From the NCBI RefSeq assembly GCF_036588685.1, contig NC_086382.1, positions 36,580,001 through 36,644,000 of the forward strand: a DNA stretch of 64,000 nucleotides, written 5' to 3'. This document shows positions 26,401 to 36,602 of this stretch, in pieces. This DNA is from Mytilus trossulus (taxonomy: Eukaryota). Under the pieces are notes generated by a model. The model made no database searches, was not told where the DNA came from, and worked only from the letters and a program-made list of their open reading frames with translations. The position numbers and the translations under genes were made by a program. The stretch's first letter is position 1. Each line of letters opens with the position of its first letter.

Positions 26401-29400
26401 TTCAACTGTAATTGGGATATGATGACAGCAAATTTGTGTTAGCCCTTGTATTACACAAGGGCTAAAAAAAAATTGCTGTCATCATATCCCTTTATATGAC
26501 TAGTTTTAAACCATTCAAATGGGAAAACTAACAGGCTAATACACCCTATCCCTAATCCCGGCTGACCTAGCGGCTTGAACTTTTGACACTTACAACAATC
26601 ACTTTTCCATTGTGGCATCAGATATTTTGTTTTATGACGTCAAAATTTTACGGGAACCTGTGTGATACCAGTAATGACGGACAAATAGTGATAAGGTGTA
26701 TATATGTTTAAATTTCATAAGATAAAATATGTGTATTTATATAAATGTATTTGTAGGAAGTAGGTATGCCTGCAGACTATGTAAATAAATTAGCCAGAAT
26801 GTTCCAAGATATTAAAGTCAGTGACGATCTCAATCAAGAATTTAAAGATGCTCACCGGAACAATAATGAAGGAATTGCAGGTCAGTATAGGGCATGTTTA
26901 TTTCAATAAAAAAATCTATATAGGTATTACTTCTGTAGTGCAGTGGTACCCTTTTTTACGTTGATGGAAAACTAGGATAAGACTAGATATTTTGTCAGGT
27001 CCAGTCAAATTTTCATTTGCTCAAAACTTTAAAAAAAAAATCAATTACTGTAAATTTAGAAATTATTGCATGCATTTATCATTGCAATTTTGTATTTAAG
27101 ACTGAAATGCGATTTTAATTTTAACGATTTTAAGAAAAAAAATCTGTTTATTTCATTTAAAATATTTCAAAATGCGAGTTTAAATTATTGGGTTTACAAC
27201 TCTGTTGCTTTTTTCGCAGTAATAAAAACCTGGCATTATTTTCTGAATTTACAGTATATTAAAAAACAATTTCAACTTATAATTGAATAAATTGATTAGT
27301 CCTTGATACTCTGAGTTAAACAAAATCTTTCTAAAATATTTAACAGACATGTTCTTATGGTGCAATTTACTCTATATTAAAGATTTTGAATATTTGAACA
27401 AATGTATGTCCTTCTAGATTCTATAAATATAAAAATCCTTAATGCTGGAGCATGGGCCAGGTCTAGTGATAGAATAGCTGTAACACTGCCAATGGAATTA
27501 GAAGACTATATCCCACAAGTGGAGGAATTTTACCGACAGAAACACAGTGGTCGTAAACTACAGTGGCATCATCTGATGTCTAATGGTATTGTAAGTAGTC
27601 ATCTTTTACATGATTACTCTATGATAATGTGGATTGGTTTATTTTTCCTGGATTAAGGATAAAATACAGGGGCGGATCCAGCAATTTTAAAAGGGGGTGG
27701 GGTCTCAACCCAGGACAAAAAGGGGGTGTTCAAACTATATGTCCACCTTCAAATGCATTGAGTGGCCAAAAAAAAGGGAGGGTTCCAACTCCCAGAACCC
27801 TCCCCCTGGATCCGCCAATGAAGTATATGTTCAAGTGAGGTATACAAACCTGAAGAAAACTTAAAATACTTTGTCGACCATTGAATTAATGGTTGACCTA
27901 TGCCAATAATGTCGACCATTGACTTAATGGTTGACATATGCCAATAATGTCGACCATTGACTTAATGGTTGACATATGCCAATAATGTCAACCATTGAAT
28001 TAATGGTTGACCTATGCCAATAATGTCGACCATTGAATTAATGATTTACCTATGCCAATAATGTCAACCATTGAATTAATGGTTGACCTATGCCAATAAT
28101 GTCGACCATTGAATTAATGGTTTACCTATGCCAATAATGTTGACCATTGAATTAATGGTTGACCTATGCCAATAATGTTGACCATTGAATTAATGGTTTA
28201 CCTAAGCCAATACTGTTTACCATTGAGTTAATGGTTTACCTATGCCAATAATGTTGACCATTGAATTAATGGTTTACCTATGCCAATAGAATTCAAAAAA
28301 GTTGTGTACTCCACTAGTAATAATGAATCCACAGTGTATTGTTCATTTTTATGCCCCACCTACAATAGTAGAGGGGCATTATGTTTTTTTGTCTGTGGGT
28401 CCATTCGTCCGTTCGTTCGTTCGTCTGTCCAGTTTCAGGTTAAAGTTTTTGGTCGAGGTAGTTTTGATGTCCAATAAACCTGAAACTTAGTATATACTAG
28501 AACACACCCGTGACATCGCGGGTCCGTGACTGAATTAAAGTATATAACTATGCGCAGGCCTCACTTTAGTATTAGTATTGTCATCTGATAAAATCATGCC
28601 GATTATAAGATACAAAGTTTTCTCTGCTTTCAAATCTTTCTGTTTGAACCCGTCGAACTGGAACTTATCAATTATTGTTCATGATAAATACTAATTATTT
28701 GGAAAACAAAAGGTCCTGGAATGGAGTATTTTTTAATCAACAGCATTGTCCTATATAAGTTATAAATTTAGTTGAATTCTTTGATTCGCTGTTTTACGTC
28801 ACTCATGCCCGCTAACAAATTGAAAACTGTACCTAAACGCCTTATTTTTAGTCCAGATTTTTAGTATTCGTATTGTTATCTTAGAAAGTCTTACTGATTA
28901 AAATACTACAAAAGGTAACAATTTGACAATTTAGTAGTGTCAACCCTATGATTATGACCCGTGTATATAGCATATTAATCCTGCAAACACTGTTTGGTGG
29001 TGTCCCTGTCAGATGCGGAACGTACAGATAAGGTAATAAGTAACAGGTGATTATACTATTGGTATCAGTATCGGACTTGACCCGGAACTTCTTAATTATT
29101 GGCAATATTAATTACGTGGAAAACAAAAGGGCCTGGAGTGGTGTAATTTTTAATCTACACCTTTGTACTATGTTAGTTATATATAAAGTTGAATTCTTTG
29201 ATTCGTCGTTTTTACGTGATGACGGCTGACAAATTGGAACTCGTAATTTTAGTATTATAGATGTTCTTTAAGATATGATCTTTCTAATTTTAATGTCAAA
29301 TTAGAGTTCTGACCCCAATTTCACGGTCCACTGAACATAGAAAATGATAGTGTGAGTGGGGCATATATGTACTGGGGACACAATCTTTTTAAAGGCTATA

Positions 29401-32400
29401 TTAAGGGTTATATTTCAGAACATGTCAGCATCAATCTATCATTTAATTTCTACAAATATCTTTTTACTTACTACATAAATGCATCTTTAGAAAATTCAGA
29501 ATATTTATCAGCAAATAATTAATCATTGCTAGTAAATAATGATAATGAAGTTGTATTATTGATTTAATAAAATATTTCGTTTTTAGATTACTTTTGGTAA
29601 CGATACAGGCAAGTTTGATTTAGAAGTGACAACATTTCAAATGGGAGTATTATTTGCCTGGAATCAGAGACCGAAAGATAAAATAAGTTATGAAAGTTTA
29701 CGTTTAGCAACAGAACTACCAGATACAGAATTGAGAAGAACACTAATGGTGAGTTGATTCCTAATCCTTACTGCACCAGGGGCCTTGGTGGTCAGGTGGT
29801 CTAAGTAGTCCTACTACTGTAATAACTAGCCAGTCAACTCTGAGGTTGTGAGTTAGAACCCATCTTGTGTGGGTGCACTAGACTCCAATCATAATTGACT
29901 AATTGTCAGTTTTATTGCTGTTCTTTATCTCAAAGTCACAGTGAGGCCTTCAACACGGAGCCAAAAACCATTCACCTCTGACACTGAAAGTGTAAGACAG
30001 CCCCTAGCATAGGTTTCAGCATTGAGTCTAAGGGGCATATACTGTTAACCATGTCTTTCATTCCATCATTACAAAAATGGGGCATTTACATTTTGTTGGG
30101 TAGCTTCCTCAATGACACATTACTCTGTTTATACATATTTTCAAGAACAAATTTGCTTACTGTGTATTAATCATTATTTGTTGAAAACCAATTTTCGCAG
30201 ATTTTGTGTGAATAGGTGAACCCCAAATTCAAAGGTTCAAGGAGTTGCAAATTTTCTATAGGCTTTGTATGCAGAGATTTCCAAAAGCATGGAATCAAAT
30301 ATCCATGTAACTAAGGCAATTTTTTCTCAATCCTCTAAAATTGATACCCACGAAAATTAATAAATCCACAGTACTAATTATATAATATTTCTATTGCAGT
30401 CATTAGTAGCATTTCCTAAGATTAAAAGGCAGCTATTATTGTGTTCACCTGAAGCTAAATCATTGAAAGAATTCACAGACAGTACACAGTTCTGGGTAAA
30501 TCAGGAATTCTCACTTATGTAAGTGGATTGACATGTTGTTTCGTTGAAAATAATATAGGACGATGTGGTATGAGTGCCAATGAGAAAGCTCTCCATCCAA
30601 GTCAGAGTTTGTAAAAGTAAACCATTTTAAGTCAAAATTGTCTTCAACACAGAGCTTTGGCTCAAACCGAACAGCAAGCTATAAAGGGCCCCTAAAATGA
30701 CATGTGCAAAATCATTTACAACTGGAACACCAATGGTCTAATCTATATAAATAAAACTTATGAATAATATCAACAAACGACAACTACTGAACATCAGATA
30801 CCATAATTGATGTTGGAGAAAATAGTAGGAATTTATTCATCCAAAGTTGTTGAAAATTATAAATTGATATAATAGCAAAATAAATATGTCTGTTTACTCC
30901 TTCCTTACTGATGCCAAGTTTGATTGTCTACTCTTACAGATGTAGTTATTATTCAAGGAATAGAGAAACTATGTATTTATATTCCCCAATTCCATTCTCA
31001 TTTTATTTTTACATGACTAGGAATATTTTTTTCGATAGATGATTTAGTCAAATTTGTCATTAGATACACTAAATAGAATGAAAAAGTTGTTAAAACAATA
31101 AAAATTGTAAATGTTACGTTCTTCCCTGTGCAAAGATTTAAATAGTATTTACTACAATATTAAAGCTATTCAAAATGGTGACCAGTTGGTCAAGCCATGC
31201 ATATTCCTAGTTTCTAGGAATTTTAATGAAAAGTCTTAATAACTGATTTATTTACATGTACATAAAATTGAGAATGGAAATGGGGAATGTGTCAAAGAGA
31301 CAACAACCCGACCAAATAAAAAAACCACAGCAGAAGGTCACCAACAGGTCTTCAATGTAGCAAGAAATTCCCGCACCCGGAGGCGTCCTTCAGCTGGCCC
31401 CTAAACAAATATATACTAGTTCAGTGATAATGAACGCCATACTAATTTCCAAATTGTACACAAGAAACTAAAATTAAAATAATACAAGACTAACAAAGGC
31501 CAGAGGCTCCTGACTTGGGACAGGCGCAAAAATGCGGCGGGGTTAAACATGTTTGTGAGATCTCAACCCTCCCCCTATACCTCTAACCAATGTAGAAAGT
31601 AAACGCATAACAATACGCACATTAAAATTCAGTTCAAGAGAAGTCCGAGTCTGATGTCAGAAGATGTAACCAAAGAAAATAAACAAAATGACAATAATAC
31701 ATAAATAACAACAGACTACTAGCAGTTAACTGACATGCCAGCTCCAGACTTCAATTAAACTGACTGAAAGATTATGATTTCATCATATGAACATCAGACA
31801 CAATCCTTCCCGTTAGGGGTTTAGTATCATACCATCATAACATATATGAGAAGAACATAACCTGTGTCATGCCAACAACTGTTTTTAGAATAAATGTGTT
31901 TAGTTCCGACGCAAAGACCTTATCAGTGACTCAATATTAACGCCAAACTATGCAATCTTTAATGACTTGACAACAGTATCGTAATTATATCCCTTCTTAA
32001 TAAGTCTGTTCAAAGGTTTTGTAAGTTTCTGAGGTGAATACTGACACCCTTGTGCTTTATAAAGAATATTTCCATAAAAAATTGGATGTGAAATACCTGA
32101 ACGTATAAAAAGTCTGCATGTTGAGCTATATTTAAGAATGATGTCTTTATACCGATGATAAAATTTAGTAAATGTTTTGACTAGTTTGTGATATCGAAAA
32201 CCCTGGTGTAATAATTTTTCAGTAATACATACATTTCTCTCGTTAAAATCTAAAACATTGTTACATACACGAGCGAATCGTACAAGTTGAGATATATAAA
32301 CACCGTAAGATGGTGACAAGGGAACGTCACCATCTAAAAAGGGATAATTAACGATAGGAAATGAAAAATCATCCCTTTTATCATAAATTTTAGTATTCAG

Positions 32401-34319
32401 CTCTCCGTTAGTGATATAGATATCAAGATCGAGGAAAGGGCAGTGGTCAATGTTAGTATTAGCTTTATTTAAAGTAAGTTCAGCAGGATAAATTTCATTA
32501 ATATACATACTGAAGTCGTCATTATTGAGAGCCAAAATATCATCCAAATATCTAAAAGAATTGTTAAATTTGTTTATCAGATGTTGTTTTGATGGGTCTT
32601 TGCTTATTTTATTCATAAATTGTAACTCATAACAATACAAAAAGAGGTCCGCAATAAGTGGTGCACAGTAAGTCCCCATTGGAATTCCGATAATCTGACG
32701 ATAAACGAATCCCCAAAGCGAACACAAATGTTATCTAGTAAAAATTCAAGGGCATATATAGTATCAAAGCATGTCCAATTAACATTGCTTATTGCTTCTA
32801 AAAAATGACCTAAAAGAGTTTGAACATATATATTCACATTCTGATTTTTTGAATGCCCATTTAATTAGGTGTGTGATTTTTTTCTTAATGAGAATGTGAG
32901 GCAATGTAGTATACAGGGTAGAAAAATCAAAACTTTGAACAGATTCAAAATCACCAATATAAGCATGCAAATTATCAAGTACTTCCAGTACATACATTCC
33001 AGTACATACATACTCTTTGATAAAATACTAAAAAGGGAAATTAGTCATCCTTCTAAAAATTTTGCCTCTTCTCATAAGCAATATTCATATAAAAAATTAC
33101 AAAGAAAACAACACAAGGACATCTTGCATGTGTAATTTTTTTGTATGACCAATAATTCAATAACTATTTATATATTTTTTCTTCATATTAGTAAAAATGG
33201 AAAAGTACAGAAAAGAGGTAAAATAAACTTAGTAGGACGTTTACAGTTATCCACAGAGAAAAGTCAAGAAGAAGATAATGAAGGCATCATGCAGCTTAGG
33301 ATATTACGTGTTCAGGTACCAACAAAAATCTTTAAAATTGCTTGTTAATTTGATGATGGTTAAATTTTTTACCATGGGAAAGTTAATGACACTTTCGAAC
33401 TTATGCAAGTGATGAACACTTCAAAGCATAGGCAACCGTAAAAAAATCTTAAACATGTGGGTTCAATTACTTTAGTTTATTTCCAAAACCCGGGCAGATT
33501 GTTGCTAGAAATACACTTATACAAATATACCATGGACAAATTATAGAAATACACTTATACAAATATACCATGGACATATTATAGAAATACACTTATACAA
33601 ATATACCATGGACATATTATAGAAATACACTTATACAAATATACCATGGACATATTATTGTGTTAGCTTTTTTTTTTAATTTGTTAAAATAATAACCTGT
33701 GTTATGAATGTCAATGAAACAACTTACCTTTATAGACCTATTGTAGAAGTATATAGGGGACTGTACAGTCTTCAACAATGAGCAAATCCCATATCGCATA
33801 GCAAGTTAAATGTTCAAAGTTAAAACCATTAAACAAACAGCCTAATTTAGGTATGAACAATAGACCAAAAATATAAACATGATATACAGCATCAAACATC
33901 ATCCACTGAATAACAGGCTCCTAATTTAGTATGTGCTGGTGTTAAAAATTTTTGCTGACTTCAAACTCTCCCGCTTGTTTTCTTTTGTAGAAGTTTTAAA
34001 GTGATCGGTATTTAACATGTGTGATGTTGGAATTAAGTTAGAACATTAAAAACTGAATTTATAGTATCAAAGTGTTGTCTATTTATTGAGGATTTAAAAA
34101 CTTGATTTTTTTTTATGTTTGCAGGAAGCAATTGTAAAGATTATGAAGATGAGAAAGCGAATAACCAACGCAGCTTTACAGACTGAACTTGTAGAAATAT
34201 TACGAAATATGTTTCTACCCTCTAAAAAACTGATTAAAGAACAAATTGAATGGTTGATAGAACATAAATATATGAAGCGAGACGAGGATAATATAAATAT
34301 GTTTATTTATATGGCATAA
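14487..34319 (+). CDS. CUL5: Cullin-5, complete, 18 coding exons, 777 aa
   Basis: Exons 14487-14501, 16393-16499, 17032-17131, 17524-17706, 18184-18325, 19948-20174, 20947-21040, 22829-22959, 23270-23377, 24462-24526, 25179-25311, 26093-26224, 26757-26880, 27418-27590, 29587-29748, 30400-30518, 33192-33315, 34125-34319. All GT-AG and phase-consistent, total 2334 nt. Diagnostic motifs QFEDRW, PESKCPELLANYCDMLLRKTP, HSGRKLQWHHLMSNG and the neddylation-site segment QEAIVKIMKMRK. The 15-nt exon 1 (MAMLR) is the least certain. Confidence 0.96.
14875..15066. mobile_element. ~170-190-bp MITE family (TIR ATACACCTTATC); other copies at 26539-26701, 44732-44910 (inverted) and 44957-45138
   Basis: Shared internal TGACGTCAAAATTTTACGGGAACCTGTGTGAT and termini ATACACC..GATAAGGTGTAT. 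Confidence 0.75.
18340..19140 (+). mobile_element. Internally deleted hAT-like DNA transposon with 5-bp TSD
   Basis: TIRs CAGGGGTCGAA / TTCGACCCCTG; TATTT directly on both sides; subterminal GGACCAGTAGA repeats. Decayed transposase N-terminus (MWKFLEGVKPP..RKRKYQKSW / REWL..MNCTICEKF, TTF-type zinc finger). Confidence 0.85.
19229..19476. mobile_element. MITE
   Basis: Imperfect TIRs AGGCCTAAAATAAAATATTGTCTGTTTCC / GGAAACAAACAATATATTAATTTAGGCCT. Confidence 0.7.
20190..20470. repeat. Abundant dispersed SINE-like repeat (other copies at ~4985-5210, 12330-12590, 25570-25970, 45312-45668)
   Basis: Shared core TTCCTGACTTGGTACAGGCATTTTC..GTAGAAAATGGTGGATTAAACCTGGTTTT and end AAGTAAAATCACAAAAATACTGAACT, in both orientations. 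Confidence 0.75.
21215..22060 (-). mobile_element. Non-LTR retrotransposon ORF2 C-terminal fragment enclosed by 24-bp inverted repeats
   Basis: Minus-strand translations YPFEKVHSKFCKTVLGL*KTSSNIGARSELGR and LRLSDHSLGIELGRYRNIPRAQRLCKKCGALDDEFQF. Inverted repeats at 21215-21238 and 22037-22060. Confidence 0.75.
27047..27256. mobile_element. TA-flanked MITE with CTGT termini (related copies at 61992-62204, 30158-30373, 63487-63714)
   Basis: TACTGTAAATT(T/C)AGAAATTATTGC ... TTTCTGAATTTACAGTA. Confidence 0.7.
27872..28288. repeat. 38-bp minisatellite (~11 copies), each unit containing a 25-nt palindrome
   Basis: Unit TGTCGACCATTGAATTAATGGTTGACCTATGCCAATAA; GTCAACCATT-gaatt-AATGGTTGAC is a 10-bp stem. 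Confidence 0.92.
28497..29261 (-). mobile_element. Non-autonomous Helitron nested in a HINE-like element
   Basis: The minus strand starts TC(TATAATACTAAAA) and ends with hairpin ACCCGCGATGTCACGGGT then CTAG. It sits between host A and T with no TSD, and the host element resumes at 29262. Confidence 0.8.
31265..32987 (-). mobile_element. 5'-truncated Penelope-like (Naiad-type) retroelement: RT C-terminal half plus 3' UTR
   Basis: SFDFSTLYTTLPH, GIPMGTYCAPLIADLFLY, FRYLDD and YDKRDDFSFPIVNYPFL..YGVYISQL motifs. Two frameshifts and a premature TAG at 31948; probable native stop at 31900-31902; no C-terminal endonuclease. Probable TSD GTACATA (31258-31264, 32988-32994). Confidence 0.88.
31779..31852 (-). 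promoter_or_regulatory. Type II SECIS element in the retroelement 3' UTR
   Basis: Minus strand: UCAUAU-auguu-AUGAU-GGUAUGAUACU-AAA-CCCCUAACGGG-A-AGGAUUGUGUC-UGAU-guuc-AUAUGA. This gives helix I, the UGAU/UGAU core, an 11-bp helix II (one A.G mismatch), apical AAA and a CCC/GGG mini-stem. Folded by hand. Confidence 0.8.
33506..33658. repeat. 38-bp tandem repeat, ~4 copies
   Basis: Unit TAGAAATACACTTATACAAATATACCATGGACATATTA. Confidence 0.9.
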
Positions 34320-36062
34320 TGTATATGTACTAATGTAAACATCCCTTTTCGGCAATCTTAAAATGAATGGTGCTTGTCGATCGAAGCTGCTCTTCGTATT
34401 TGACTGGCCTCATTTTTGTTCTTGGACTTTTTGTACCTTATTCAATAAAGTAAGGACCTGAAGCTCTTAGAAAATAAAATAATGGATCTAATATTGAAAC
34501 TGAATTTTTATTCACTAACTGAATTGAACTAATTTTGTAGTTTAATAGTATTTCCTGTTGTTAAAGAAATAACAGCAGAGCTCTATTTATTGGTTTCTTG
34601 CAGCAATTTTCATAAACACCAATATTTTACACCATATTATTTTCACAATTTGCCTTTAAGGTCCATGCTCTCAGCTTTTAAGTTACAATAAGTTTCCTTT
34701 TCTTGATACAGATGTAACTATCATTTTTTTAAAGACAATATTTTGCTGTAGATTTAAATAGTAATTAAATTGGTAATTTAACCCTCACATAAGATCATGC
34801 ATTTTCAAATGCGAAATTTCCTGGAAGGGCTGTTGGTGAAAAATGATGACTGCTGTTTTTAATAATTTGCCCATAATGATATTTTTCATATCCCAAAGTT
34901 ATAGATATATGAATATCTCTTTACCTCATTTCTTTGAATTTTTATAAGCATTAATTAATGCTGCAAATTTGATATTTTGAATGTTTAGGTTATTATAATT
35001 TATCAAAATTTTAGCACTGTACTGCTTGAATAATTTTTCATATTAAACATAAATAACAGAAAGCTTTAGAGGGGAATATATCAATACACCTTTATAGCTG
35101 AGCTAACTGTATGCTTATTTCTAGGGTGTAATTTGAAAGCTAAAAGAATGTCCTGGAAACATGTTGTGTTAATATTGAACATAAATCTCTTCTTACCTTA
35201 TTAGAATTTAAAGATCTGCTTTTAGATATTAAAAAATTGAATTGGAAAAAATAAGCATTTCAAATTTTGACATGAAAATAATGAACTATTTTGATATTGT
35301 AGCATGATTATATGGTACAACACATTATTCACATGTTTTGTATACATTTTTGATTGAACTATGATAAAAAATGTTATTATTTATAATTTTTTATAAACTT
35401 TGAATGTAAGAAAATGATATAGCATTTAAGGGGAAAATTGTTCATTTTGAAAAAAACTTTTTATCAGTTCTGAGAAAATCCCTACATATTTTTTTTCAGA
35501 ATAAAAAAAAAGGTTTTGAGACAAACCCATTCCAGTGACATTTCTGTACACTGTGCCATATTGATACCCCCAGGGATGTTTTATCAGCGGGCTTTCACAT
35601 TCTAATTGTACATAGTTTTACATTGTTTGTATATATGTAAACATTTTGTATATCTTTAAGTATCACATTAAGTATGGATGTTTGTTCATTTCATTTTAAG
35701 AATTTATGCATAAATTAACATTTAGTTAAAAATATACCATAAAAATTTTAAGGTATTTTTTTTGTACTAATGATTTAAAGTATCAATTTGTCAACATGAA
35801 ATAAAGATTTCTTAAATCATGGACTGTACTTCAATGAAACTTTCACAGAAACTACAATACCTAATGATATTACTCTGTTTTAAATTTACACATGACTTGG
35901 TCTTTTTCCACAAAGTAATTGAAAAAATGGTATCAGTACATTCCTGCTAGACCAGTCATTGGATATCAATGAAGCCATCACAAAATTTATCTCTGAGAGA
36001 GGAATATGGATAGAAAATAACCTTGTCTGCTTACAAACTTTAAAAAACAAAAGTAATATGCA

Positions 36063-36602
36063 TAACGTGACGGTACCCAAATTGCACCTATTTTGACAGT
36101 TTTTTCGCCTAACTTTTTTTATGATCAAGAAAAAAATGTCCATACTGTGTTTATTTTGTAGCCCTATCCTTCGTTATTGTATAGGTACACCAATTTAATT
36201 TTAAATTCATATTGAGTCATAAAAAAATGGGTTTGAATCAACCTCCAAACTCTCCATGATTCTGTAATGAGGAGTACATGCTTAAATTCACATCGTCAAA
36301 AGTCTAATAATCGAGCTTTTGTTAAATTTCTTCAAATATTTTGAACAATTGGATATTAGTCCATGCTTACTCTTCATATTTTACGAAATGGATACTCTTA
36401 CTATATTGTATTTACTAATTTTAAAAAGATGACGTTTTGATGACGTCGCATGGTGACGTTTTCGTGCATTTTCCTTTTTCAGTGAACAGTTCATCTGTTG
36501 TTAAATACTTTGAACTTAGGAAATCTTGTAAGATTATCGTTGCTATTTTTTCTAAATAGGTGCAATTTGGGTACTCGGTGCAATTTGGGTACCCTTACGT
36601 TA
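36063..36602. mobile_element. TA-bounded MITE downstream of CUL5
   Basis: TAACGTGACGGTACCCAAATTGCACC / GGTGCAATTTGGGTACCCTTACGTTA; the right TIR core is locally duplicated. Confidence 0.8.

Noticed and set aside
27872-28288. CRISPR-like array of palindromic repeats
   Set aside because: The linkers are identical rather than unique spacers, there are no cas genes, and the context is a eukaryotic intron.
31360-31405. GC-rich segment in the retroelement 3' UTR considered as an HDV-like ribozyme
   Set aside because: I could not build the nested double pseudoknot by hand; it needs a covariance-model search.
1556-34319. Functional module in which RING-less B-box proteins act as CUL5 substrate receptors
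   Set aside because: No SOCS/BC-box motif is recognisable in the B-box proteins, and adjacency alone is not evidence.
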